A DNA stretch of 64,000 bases from a virus: the UHGV virus genome UHGV-1579991, one strand, 5' to 3'. This document shows positions 9,895 through 18,362 of the stretch, in pieces. Each line of letters starts with the position of its first letter. Within the stretch, counting starts at the first letter, position 1. Under the pieces are notes generated by a model that saw only the letters and a list, made by a program, of their open reading frames with translations, searched no databases and was not told where the DNA came from. The position numbers and the translations under genes were made by a program.

Positions 9895-9970
9895 TTGTTT
9901 TGATGCAAAATGCAAAACAATATAAAATTGTTTTGATGCAAAATGCAAAACAATATAAAATTGTTTTGAT
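9895..9970. repeat. Tandem direct repeat, 33-bp unit x 2.3 copies
   Basis: ttgttttgatgcaaaatgcaaaacaatataaaa at 9895-9927 and identically at 9928-9960, partial third copy 9961-9970; intergenic, immediately downstream of ligase stop. Confidence 0.9.
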
Positions 9971-9972
9971 AT

Positions 9973-11877
9973 CTACAAAGATTTGAACAATTCCTCGTAT
10001 GTTACAATTTTCTTGCCTTTTGCAAGTGCTGCTTTCATTTTGTTCGACAGCTTGTTGACATCATTTGTGACAACATAGTCACATGCATCAATGTTTGCAC
10101 CGACATCTTCAAGCTTACCATTTGCTGCATCAATAAATGCACCTTTTGTTGCCCAAGTAGGCTTAGGCGAGCCTGTCATGACAACCTTGATTGTGTTAGC
10201 ATGCGCAGATGCTTCTTTATGCATTTCATTGAACATCACGAAGCATTGTGGAAAGCGCTTGAGTAATCTTTGTATGACATTCAACTTTATGAGCCTGTCA
10301 ATTGGCTCCATGCTCAAGCCCTTAAAGTCATACTGGCAATTGCTAAAGTACGCAGACAACTGATATGCAGCTTTACCACCGAGACCAGGAATCTGCATGC
10401 ATTCAATGAAATGCGACAAGTGAATGCTACTGAAGCGTTCACGTAAGCCTGCAATGACTGTACGGTCATTTTTGCTGTTTGTGTCAAACTGCAGCAGCTC
10501 AAACAGTCGTTCATTGTCAACTTCTTGCACAATGCAGAACAAGTCTTCAATTGTGGGCGCATCAGAGAATGTCAACATGACATCAAGATTGTCTTGTGCA
10601 ATAAGCAATGCTTCACAAATTTTCGTAGCATAAACCCAGCCAAGCCCATCAATATTAAGCTTGCAAACGCCTTTGATAAACCTCGTGCATCTTGCAAATT
10701 CCTCAGGCATCATCAAGTGAATGCCATCGACATATGCATGTACAGGAATGTCAGCTTTGCTGCTATCACCAGGTTCAATACATTCTTGAATGTCTGGAAT
10801 AATGTCACCGCCCTTTTCAATACGAACAAGAGCGCCTGGCCAAATACCATTTGCATGCAAAAAGCCATAGTGAAATGCTGAAGCTGCTTTTACTGTAGTG
10901 CCATCAAGCTCAACAGGCTCAAGTTCAACTCTCGGAAAAAGCTCACCATTGATTCGCTGACGCCAATCAATTCGAGTCACTCGAGTTACAGCAGACATTG
11001 CGTCAAGCTTCAATGCAACCATGTTTGCATATTCTGCTGCATTTGCAAACTGCTGCTCAATCCACAAGTCATCTGCAAAAGGCTTGACTACAATGCCATC
11101 AATGCGATATTTGAATTCTGAACGCCCATTGGCAATTTTTGTGCAAGTTTCTGCAAACTCATTGTAATCAGTGACTTCAAAGACTTCTGCAATGAATTCT
11201 GCAGGCCAGCCAACTTTAGCAAGAGCATCTGCAGGATTGGTTTGCTCATATGTTTTGCCATCAAGTGTGTCAGTCAGCATGTATGCCATAGGGTCAATGT
11301 CTTCCATGCCACACATGTCTAATGACTTCACAAATGCTGCAGCAGTATTGCGCTCATTTTTGTATTTGACAGAGCCATCAGCATTGAAATGATATTTTTG
11401 TGCAAAAATGTCTTTTGCAATGACAGCCTCAAAGCGAATTTGATATGGCTGTTCTGCTGCAGCAAGCTGCATCGGCACTTTGCCTGCTACAACAAATTTG
11501 CGCGTGACATCATAGCCCGTATAGCCATCACCACGAGTAACAACTTTTAGCAATCTGCCATCAGTGTCGTAATGTGCTTCACAGCCCATGCCATCATACT
11601 TGTGCATAAGCAGCATTTCATGACCAACAATGTTGCACACAGTATCATGCAACGCAGTTGTAAACTGTGACTTTGTATGAATTGCAGCAAGACTCAATGC
11701 AGGTGTAAGATGCTTAACTTCTTGTTTATTTGACTCTTCAAAGCGAATCTTATGTTTAATGTCGCTATTTGCAAGAAGCTGCTGTTCAAGAGCATCAAAT
11801 GCCTCATCAGACATTATCGGATTGCCTGCATAATACGCAGCTATTGCGTCATGGTACATATTGAGTGTATCAGTCAT
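9973..11877 (-). CDS. ligA: NAD-dependent DNA ligase (LigA-like)
   Basis: Adenylation motif KYDGMG (KxDG), TRGDGYTGYDVT motif, C-terminal BRCT-like region; 634 aa. Confidence 0.8.
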   Translation of the reverse strand: MTDTLNMYHDAIAAYYAGNPIMSDEAFDALEQQLLANSDIKHKIRFEESNKQEVKHLTPALSLAAIHTKSQFTTALHDTVCNIVGHEMLLMHKYDGMGCEAHYDTDGRLLKVVTRGDGYTGYDVTRKFVVAGKVPMQLAAAEQPYQIRFEAVIAKDIFAQKYHFNADGSVKYKNERNTAAAFVKSLDMCGMEDIDPMAYMLTDTLDGKTYEQTNPADALAKVGWPAEFIAEVFEVTDYNEFAETCTKIANGRSEFKYRIDGIVVKPFADDLWIEQQFANAAEYANMVALKLDAMSAVTRVTRIDWRQRINGELFPRVELEPVELDGTTVKAASAFHYGFLHANGIWPGALVRIEKGGDIIPDIQECIEPGDSSKADIPVHAYVDGIHLMMPEEFARCTRFIKGVCKLNIDGLGWVYATKICEALLIAQDNLDVMLTFSDAPTIEDLFCIVQEVDNERLFELLQFDTNSKNDRTVIAGLRERFSSIHLSHFIECMQIPGLGGKAAYQLSAYFSNCQYDFKGLSMEPIDRLIKLNVIQRLLKRFPQCFVMFNEMHKEASAHANTIKVVMTGSPKPTWATKGAFIDAANGKLEDVGANIDACDYVVTNDVNKLSNKMKAALAKGKKIVTYEELFKSL

Positions 11878-12109
11878 CGTCTTCTTCTGTTAAATCATTT
11901 TCTTCTACCAATGTGTCAGTTGTGTCAATATCTGGAAATTCGTAGTTGTTAGGTCGTTTTACGCTAATGTCATGCAAATGCTTCATAAGTTCATCACGAG
12001 TCATAAAGAACGTGTTATTATTGTCATTTGCATACATTAAAGACTTTGCTGTAGATTCATATGTAGTTGCCGTGCACATATACAACGGCAAGCCATTCAG
12101 TGTTGGCAT
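11870..12109 (-). CDS. Hypothetical acidic protein, 79 aa
   Basis: ORF overlapping ligase start by 8 nt. Confidence 0.35.
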   Translation of the reverse strand: MPTLNGLPLYMCTATTYESTAKSLMYANDNNNTFFMTRDELMKHLHDISVKRPNNYEFPDIDTTDTLVEENDLTEEDDD

Positions 12110-12110
12110 T

Positions 12111-12554
12111 TCATTGCAATTGTTTTTGATACGCTATCAATTCATTAAGCAGTTCATCTGCATGACATTGAACAAGTAGTTGCCACGTTTTTGAATCAAT
12201 GTCTTCAGTTTGCATGTACAAGTCTACTACTCGTTTGTCAAACTTGTTTATTGCATCTATAGTAGCATTACTTACAGGCTTGTCAACTTTCTTACCGCTG
12301 ATAAAAGACCATTTTGGCTGTCTTGCATTACTAAGTTCTCTATGATAAGCATTCATAACTTGTGTCATGTCCATACCGAGTTTGTTGAATGCTTGAGCAA
12401 TCTGCGGAAAGGCTATGGCAACATTGCGATTTGTCATGAATGCATTGTCTGCTTTTTGTTTTGCAGTCAACTTATCATAATCGCTATCACGAACATACAG
12501 CAACTCCTTAAATTTGAAGAAGTCTACTTTTTGTGTGATGAATTGTTCTGCCAT
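12111..12554 (-). CDS. Hypothetical protein, 147 aa
   Basis: ORF preceded by promoter-like motif. Confidence 0.45.
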   Translation of the reverse strand: MAEQFITQKVDFFKFKELLYVRDSDYDKLTAKQKADNAFMTNRNVAIAFPQIAQAFNKLGMDMTQVMNAYHRELSNARQPKWSFISGKKVDKPVSNATIDAINKFDKRVVDLYMQTEDIDSKTWQLLVQCHADELLNELIAYQKQLQ

Positions 12555-12560
12555 TGAAGT

Positions 12561-12610
12561 TTATTGTTATATAGTGATATAATACAACAAAAATCTCAAA
12601 TTTGCACACT
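12561..12610 (-). promoter_or_regulatory. Promoter-like conserved motif (GTGCAAA box ... TTGTTGTATTATAT -10-like)
   Basis: Minus-strand reading GTGTGCAAATTTGAGATTTTTGTTGTATTATATCACTATATAAC upstream of 12111-12554. Confidence 0.5.
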
Positions 12611-13118
12611 ACGATGGCTTTTTGTCATCAAATTTGAAAATGACTGGCATTGCAGAATCAGGCTTTATGTCGCCTTTGTTAACTGCGTCATTTAAGCATT
12701 CTACAATCTTTTTGCCAAGGTCTTTTACTTCTGCAGGAATTTTCTCGTATGGCACATTTGATGACAGTTGAAGCTCATTTTGCTGATGCTCGTTTTGTTG
12801 AAGCTCTGCTGTTTCAGATAGCTGCTTGTCAATTCGAGTAAACATCAATTCATCACGTGCATCAATAAATTCTTGAATTGCTTGCAGCTGCTCAATGCTG
12901 CATATGACAACACATTGCAATAAGTTTGATGCATCATAGAATGACATGCCAATAATTCGTGTAGTGTCACAATCGAATGCGCAATTGATGTCTTTCAATG
13001 TGTCCATAAATGACATTGATAAGTCTTCAATGCCTGATACATCTGCAATGCTGAACACAAATTGTGTGCTGCCAACGCATTCATGCTCATCTGAAAATAT
13101 GAGCTTATCTACTGTCAT
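12609..13118 (-). CDS. Hypothetical protein, 169 aa
   Basis: ORF. Confidence 0.45.
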   Translation of the reverse strand: MTVDKLIFSDEHECVGSTQFVFSIADVSGIEDLSMSFMDTLKDINCAFDCDTTRIIGMSFYDASNLLQCVVICSIEQLQAIQEFIDARDELMFTRIDKQLSETAELQQNEHQQNELQLSSNVPYEKIPAEVKDLGKKIVECLNDAVNKGDIKPDSAMPVIFKFDDKKPS

Positions 13119-13330
13119 TTCGTAGTTGCTTTTGTGATGATGCCCTTTGCAAGCATCTTTTTGTATGTGTCATAGCCGATAATGTCAATTGTTGTGTCGT
13201 TTACTCGCCGAACAATCAACTCTGCTTTATCTGCAGCAGACATGATGTTATCTGCAGCTTCTTTGTTTGCAGTGATAGCAGACCATTTACCATTACCGAG
13301 CTTAGTTATGTTTGCTTTGATTGATGTCAT
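13115..13330 (-). CDS. Hypothetical protein, 71 aa
   Basis: ORF with 4-nt overlap to neighbours. Confidence 0.35.
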   Translation of the reverse strand: MTSIKANITKLGNGKWSAITANKEAADNIMSAADKAELIVRRVNDTTIDIIGYDTYKKMLAKGIITKATTK

Positions 13331-13335
13331 TGTTG

Positions 13336-14679
13336 TCAGAATTGAAACATGTTATTGATAAATGCGTCGCCAAACTGCGCATCTGCAGCTTTTGACGTTG
13401 TGTCATACGTTGCTGCATTGATGCCAAGTGCAGTTATTGTTGATTGCGCATCTACAAGTTCATACACTTTGCAGCTCGGCTTTGTAATGTCTGTAAACGA
13501 CATTGTGTACATGAAGTTTTCAAAGATATGTCTTGGTACTTCACGTGCATTCAAACATGCAAGTTGTCTATTTTCTGCAAATCGCGCCTTGAGCCATTCA
13601 AAGTCATCTGCAGGTACTGAGTCAACATTCATGAATGTCTTATATGCTGCAGTCAAAAACATTGCAATGACTTCGTCATCATACAAATCTTCACCAAGCA
13701 TATATCGCATGCCAGGTTCCAACTGTTTTGCATTGTTAGTTTCAATACCAAGAGACTTCAATGCATCGTAGATTTGGCCTACAGATAAATGCGACCAATT
13801 GTTGCCACGTTTCTTGAGCTTGCCAAACAATTCTGGGATGTTGTCACCAGCATCACCAAGCACAATCTTGTAAAACAAGAAACTTGGCACATGTTCATGA
13901 ATCTCAGCATCAACATACTCAAGCAATGCTGCATATGGGTTGTCAAGAATACGTGTTTTAACTTGAGCACCAGCAAAGCTGTCGAAGATGCTGCCGCCGA
14001 CATTCTGCGACTTTTCACCAGCAAGTTCTTTGATGTGTTCAAGCACAAACTTGTCGCCCATCAGTACTCGAGACTTCTGCCACCCATTTGCTTTGCAGCC
14101 ATTTTTGATGATTGCATATGCTGAACATGCGCCAGTGTTTGTGTTGACACATACACATTGAGTCAAGTCTTTATCAGTGCCTTGATACAGCACATTGCGG
14201 CCTTTTGATGTTGCATATCTACTAAGCATGAAGATGACATCATCAGCCTCTGCTTCAGAAAGCTTGATGTGACGAATGCCATGTACTTCTTGCATCAACT
14301 TAAGCCATTCAAAATATACACCATAAACTTTGAGCCAGTTGATTGTCTGGTCATACGTTCGAGTGCCTTTGTAACCAGCATCTTCACCTTGTTCAAAGCC
14401 TTCTCTTGTCAAATATTGATGCTTTGAGCGCCACAAATTCGACTTTTTGTCATCGACAGCAATAATGACATCATCAACGACATCTTCAAGTCTACGAAGC
14501 TCATTACAAAGGTCGAGCGTTAACTTGGATATCAAAGACAGTCTTGATGCATTCTCATTCTTTTCGAATGACAAGTCTGTACCTGATTTTGCTAATACTG
14601 GCACTCTGCTCTTAACCCACCAGCTCCCGTCAATTACGTAAATGAACTTGTGATTATGAGTATTGTCAAGCTTTGTCAT
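13336..14679 (-). CDS. 5'-3' exonuclease / flap endonuclease (T4 RNase H-like)
   Basis: FEN-family motifs GTDKDL and KIVLGDAGDNIP. Confidence 0.75.
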   Translation of the reverse strand: MTKLDNTHNHKFIYVIDGSWWVKSRVPVLAKSGTDLSFEKNENASRLSLISKLTLDLCNELRRLEDVVDDVIIAVDDKKSNLWRSKHQYLTREGFEQGEDAGYKGTRTYDQTINWLKVYGVYFEWLKLMQEVHGIRHIKLSEAEADDVIFMLSRYATSKGRNVLYQGTDKDLTQCVCVNTNTGACSAYAIIKNGCKANGWQKSRVLMGDKFVLEHIKELAGEKSQNVGGSIFDSFAGAQVKTRILDNPYAALLEYVDAEIHEHVPSFLFYKIVLGDAGDNIPELFGKLKKRGNNWSHLSVGQIYDALKSLGIETNNAKQLEPGMRYMLGEDLYDDEVIAMFLTAAYKTFMNVDSVPADDFEWLKARFAENRQLACLNAREVPRHIFENFMYTMSFTDITKPSCKVYELVDAQSTITALGINAATYDTTSKAADAQFGDAFINNMFQF

Positions 14680-14928
14680 TGTCTGAATGCTTTTGCAATT
14701 GCTGATGTTGAGAGCATTGGCACACTACCATTTTTGAAGCGAGGCTTTTTGTTTGACAACGACCACTTTTGCTTATGCCACTTTGAACAGCTTGTGCCAC
14801 GATTTGTTACATCTGCGCCGGACCTTGAGCACTTGAGTCGGAAATCTTGTGCAGATGTGCCATGCTTCTTTATTGAATGTTGACAATTATAACAGCATTT
14901 ATCGTGTCGTTCTACTGGATATCTCATG

Positions 14929-15396
14929 TCATTCAATGATAAGTGTATGACCAACTTCTTTCGCAAATGATACAATGCAGCCAAACAATTGCGGGTCGCA
15001 CCAAGGTTTGATGAACTGCTGCCACCAGTGAACATCAGATGACACCATCATTTCTTTGACAAGGTCTTCCTTTTCCCTGTCAAGATATGCAATATCACCC
15101 AACGCAAACATTGACTTCAAGATATTATCATCACTCATGTCAAACTTGCCAAGCCCTTGTTCGTCAACTTTTCGTGCAACTTTGATTGCATCGGGCAGCT
15201 TACATGCGCCATTTGCGCACAAACATGCTGCAAGAATTACAAATGCAGGCTTCTTATCCTGTGCAAGTCTGTATGCCCAATTGCGTGTAGCAGGAAAGTT
15301 TGGCACTCTGATGTCTACACCTTGAGGCAGATTGGATTCTTTAACTGCTTTAAGCTTGGCATCACTGCCAACCATGCCCATCTTTATTTGTGTCAT
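14929..15396 (-). CDS. Hypothetical protein, 155 aa
   Basis: ORF. Confidence 0.4.
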   Translation of the reverse strand: MTQIKMGMVGSDAKLKAVKESNLPQGVDIRVPNFPATRNWAYRLAQDKKPAFVILAACLCANGACKLPDAIKVARKVDEQGLGKFDMSDDNILKSMFALGDIAYLDREKEDLVKEMMVSSDVHWWQQFIKPWCDPQLFGCIVSFAKEVGHTLIIE

Positions 15397-15523
15397 ATAT
15401 CAATCTTGGTCAAGAAATTGTTCTTCGTCATTTGGTTGTTTCTTTGTCGACTCATCGACATTGTCTGCATCAAGCCACTTGTCATCTTGCTCGACTGTTC
15501 CAGTATCTGGTGTGTTCATATTG

Positions 15524-15919
15524 TTATCGGTTCTTTGAAAATGAAACTTGCGTTGATTGCTGTGGTCGAACATCAACAAACACTGAATCTACTGCGTCAA
15601 ACTTAAGCGTAGCAAGTGAATCAATTGTTTGCCTTGCTTTTTGCAAATTGCGTGCTTTGATGCCTGATACTGTTGCAGATTTTTCAAGCAGATATGCATC
15701 ACGAGGCGTCCAGTAGCGAGCCTGCCAACGCATATGCATAGAGTCGACAACCAAATTTTCTGCTGCAGCATCAATAATTGCTGCAGTTGATTGCTGAGTT
15801 GCATCAAGTCGTTGCTGCAATACTGCTAATTGCTTTGTGTGCTGCTGTTGATGTTTGAATACTATGCTGATTGCTCCAAATAAGAGAAACCATGCAATAA
15901 AACGCAAAAATGACTTCAT
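15524..15919 (-). CDS. Membrane-anchored protein (N-terminal TM helix, Gln-rich coiled region); spanin-like topology
   Basis: MKSFLRFIAWFLLFGAISIVF then QQQHTKQLAVLQQRLDATQQ. Confidence 0.4.
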   Translation of the reverse strand: MKSFLRFIAWFLLFGAISIVFKHQQQHTKQLAVLQQRLDATQQSTAAIIDAAAENLVVDSMHMRWQARYWTPRDAYLLEKSATVSGIKARNLQKARQTIDSLATLKFDAVDSVFVDVRPQQSTQVSFSKNR

Positions 15920-16890
15920 GATTGCTGCACGAATTTTGAGAGCTCGAATGACAATGCGAGCATTGTTATGAATTGGTCAATTGACTGTTTAGACTCTACA
16001 CTGTATTTGTGAGCTGCAATGACAATGTCTCCAAGTCGTGCAACAAAACCAGGCGTATTCTTTGAGAGCTTTGCATAGCACCAATTTGCAAAGTCAGTTG
16101 AGAGAGCATTGATGACTTCAGTTTCACGACCTTTGTATTGTGACAATGTTTTGTAAAATTCACGCGGGTCTTTGCATGCGACAATGAAGTCATACAGTTC
16201 TTCAAACTTTGCTGACATGCCCTTTGTGACATGCTCAAGCGTTATATGACGCTCACCTTGATTGAAGACAAAGTAGCAAATGTTCAGAATTTTGCGGAAG
16301 TCTGGATAGTTATCTTGAATTAGCTTGATGAGCGCTTCTTTTTCAATGGTGCATTCATTTTCCTTCAAGATATTGTAGACGCGAACCATGCACTTCTTCA
16401 TCAACTGTTCTGCAATATCATCAGAAAAGTCGAATGACAGCATTTTGAGACGAGATTGAGCAATTGATGCATCAATACGGTCTGGATAATTGCAAGTTGC
16501 AATGAAAAACGCAATGCCTGCAAACTCTTCAATGGTGCCTCGCAAAGCCATCTGGCTTTGTGTCGATAGATAATCCATTTCATCAAGCAGCACAACCTTT
16601 ACGCCACTTGACGACAATGACATATGCTGACAGAATTCTGAAATTGTGTTGCGAACTGTGTCAATGCCAGAATTCTTTGAGCAGTTGATTTGCAGAATTG
16701 AACGTCTATCAGTCCACTTCAATGCCAATGCTCTTGCTGCGGTTGTTTTTCCACTTCCTGGTGCTCCTGCGAACAAATAATTTTGCGGCTGACCATTAAA
16801 TGCCGCAGCATAATCATCAGGCACAATTAACTCTTCGACTTTTGTTGGCCTGTAGCGTTCTAACCAAGTTCTATCTTTAAGGGATGCCAT
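15916..16890 (-). CDS. Clamp loader ATPase subunit (T4 gp44 / RFC-like AAA+)
   Basis: Start at MASLKDRTWLERYRP (ATG 16890-16888); RFC box WLERYRP, Walker A GAPGSGKTT, Walker B LLDEMD, sensor QSRL. Confidence 0.8.
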   Translation of the reverse strand: MASLKDRTWLERYRPTKVEELIVPDDYAAAFNGQPQNYLFAGAPGSGKTTAARALALKWTDRRSILQINCSKNSGIDTVRNTISEFCQHMSLSSSGVKVVLLDEMDYLSTQSQMALRGTIEEFAGIAFFIATCNYPDRIDASIAQSRLKMLSFDFSDDIAEQLMKKCMVRVYNILKENECTIEKEALIKLIQDNYPDFRKILNICYFVFNQGERHITLEHVTKGMSAKFEELYDFIVACKDPREFYKTLSQYKGRETEVINALSTDFANWCYAKLSKNTPGFVARLGDIVIAAHKYSVESKQSIDQFITMLALSFELSKFVQQS

Positions 16891-16904
16891 TTGTTGTTTG
16901 TTGA

Positions 16905-16950
16905 TATATGTAAAAATATTGTACAACAATACTGTCATTTTTGCACAGCA
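16905..16950 (-). promoter_or_regulatory. Promoter-like conserved motif containing TTGTACAA
   Basis: Minus-strand GTGCAAAAATGACAGTATTGTTGTACAATATTTTTAC about 35 nt upstream of clamp-loader ATG. Confidence 0.5.
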
Positions 16951-18126
16951 TGGCCGCAATCGTACACAGGCACATAACCAGCGTCAAGCATTTGTTGTTC
17001 ATCTACTTCTGCAGTATGCGCAGCATACAGTCGCTTCTTGTAATTCCACCAATGTTTTCTAATAGTCAATTTGTCATTGCATATGACAGGATTTTTTGAC
17101 AAGTCTGTGCTATCTACACGTTCATTGCATAAATGCTGTCGTATGATTTCTACAACGTCATCAGGGTTATCCCAATCCCATATTGTAATGCATATGTAGC
17201 CTGCTGTAAGTGCTGCTTGAGTTTTTCTAAAATGTCTATCATTAGGAATTGGCAAATTGCGTTTAGATTTGCCAATTGCATATGCAAAGCCAAATGCAGC
17301 ATTATGTGAAAACGATGGGTTGATTTCTATTAGTAGATGCTTATAATGCAAATCATAAGAAAATCTGCCAATATTGACATCATCAAATGTGCAATCAATG
17401 TTAAGTCGTTGCAGCAAAAAATCATGCCACCAACGATTAACCGTTGTAATGGTGCGCCCATTAGCATGCCGACAACGCTCAGTCATAACAAACCAAGGTA
17501 CACCATAGCGTTCAAGATTTGTTTGCATGCGTTTTGCAGTGCCACCATATTCATCACCGTATCGTAATCTGCGTGTATGAACTGCTTTTAATGGGTTGCC
17601 AGCAGAATTGCCATATCGTAGCATCTTTGTTTGCTGCGCTTTAGCAGTAATTACACCATGGTCAGGATAGTGTTCGCGTATTGTTTGCTGCACTTTAGTA
17701 GCATTCCATGTGCGATAGCCGTACTTGTGTAATTTTGTTTGCTGGGCTTTTTGCATGTTGTTATAATATGGGTCGCCATAGCGTTCTTCTTTAATTTTGC
17801 ACATTAACTGTTGGTCGCCAAATGCATTGCCATATTTTGCAAGTTTTGTTGCCTTAAATTTAGTCATGTCGCCAAGCCCATTGCCATATCTTTCTCGTTT
17901 TGTTGCGACACCTTTGTTTGTAAATTCTTTTTAATTGCGCAGTGTTTTCAACACCATATTTACGCAAATTGCTTATACGACTGTTATATGTACGTTTGCA
18001 AATTGTGTATTGTGAGTAGCGTTTATGCTGAGGTCGTTCTTTAGACGCAGTTTGCAATATCACATCTCTTTCCTCTTCAAGTTCTTTTATGCGAGCTTCA
18101 AGAGCTTCTCCAGTTAATGGTTCCAT
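16935..18126 (-). pseudogene. Homing-endonuclease-like gene (family A paralog) split by a frameshift
   Basis: N-terminal ORF 17860-18126 (LTGEALEARIKELEEERD...ISNLRKYGVEN) and C-terminal ORF 16935-17867 (YG repeats, LLIEINPSFSHN, GYICITIWDWD) lie in different frames overlapping by 8 nt; T-run near 17925-17945. Confidence 0.5.
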
Positions 18127-18362
18127 ATGTCATTTGTGTAAATGTCAACAAAAATAGCGCAGCAGTGTAATCTCACGACTAACTGCTGCGCTTGAACATT
18201 GTGCTATGAAAGAATGACCATCCCAAACACCCAAACAAGCACAAATGTTCCGACACAAGAAAACGGAAGAACCCGAAAGAAGCGAGGAGCACGCTTTGTT
18301 TGTGACTGGATTATGTTATCAATGTATGTACTTATAGGGTGTTTGTTCGTGGGTTCTTGTCA

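Noticed and set aside
9501-9953. N-terminal extension MFCILHQNNFILFCILHQNN of the Cys-rich protein
   Set aside because: It is the translation of the 33-bp tandem repeat; a proper ATG (9869) follows it, so the extension is probably not translated
9895-9970. CRISPR array
   Set aside because: Only 2.3 directly abutting copies with no spacers; no cas genes; the 9-bp repeat at 49401-49427 is likewise spacerless
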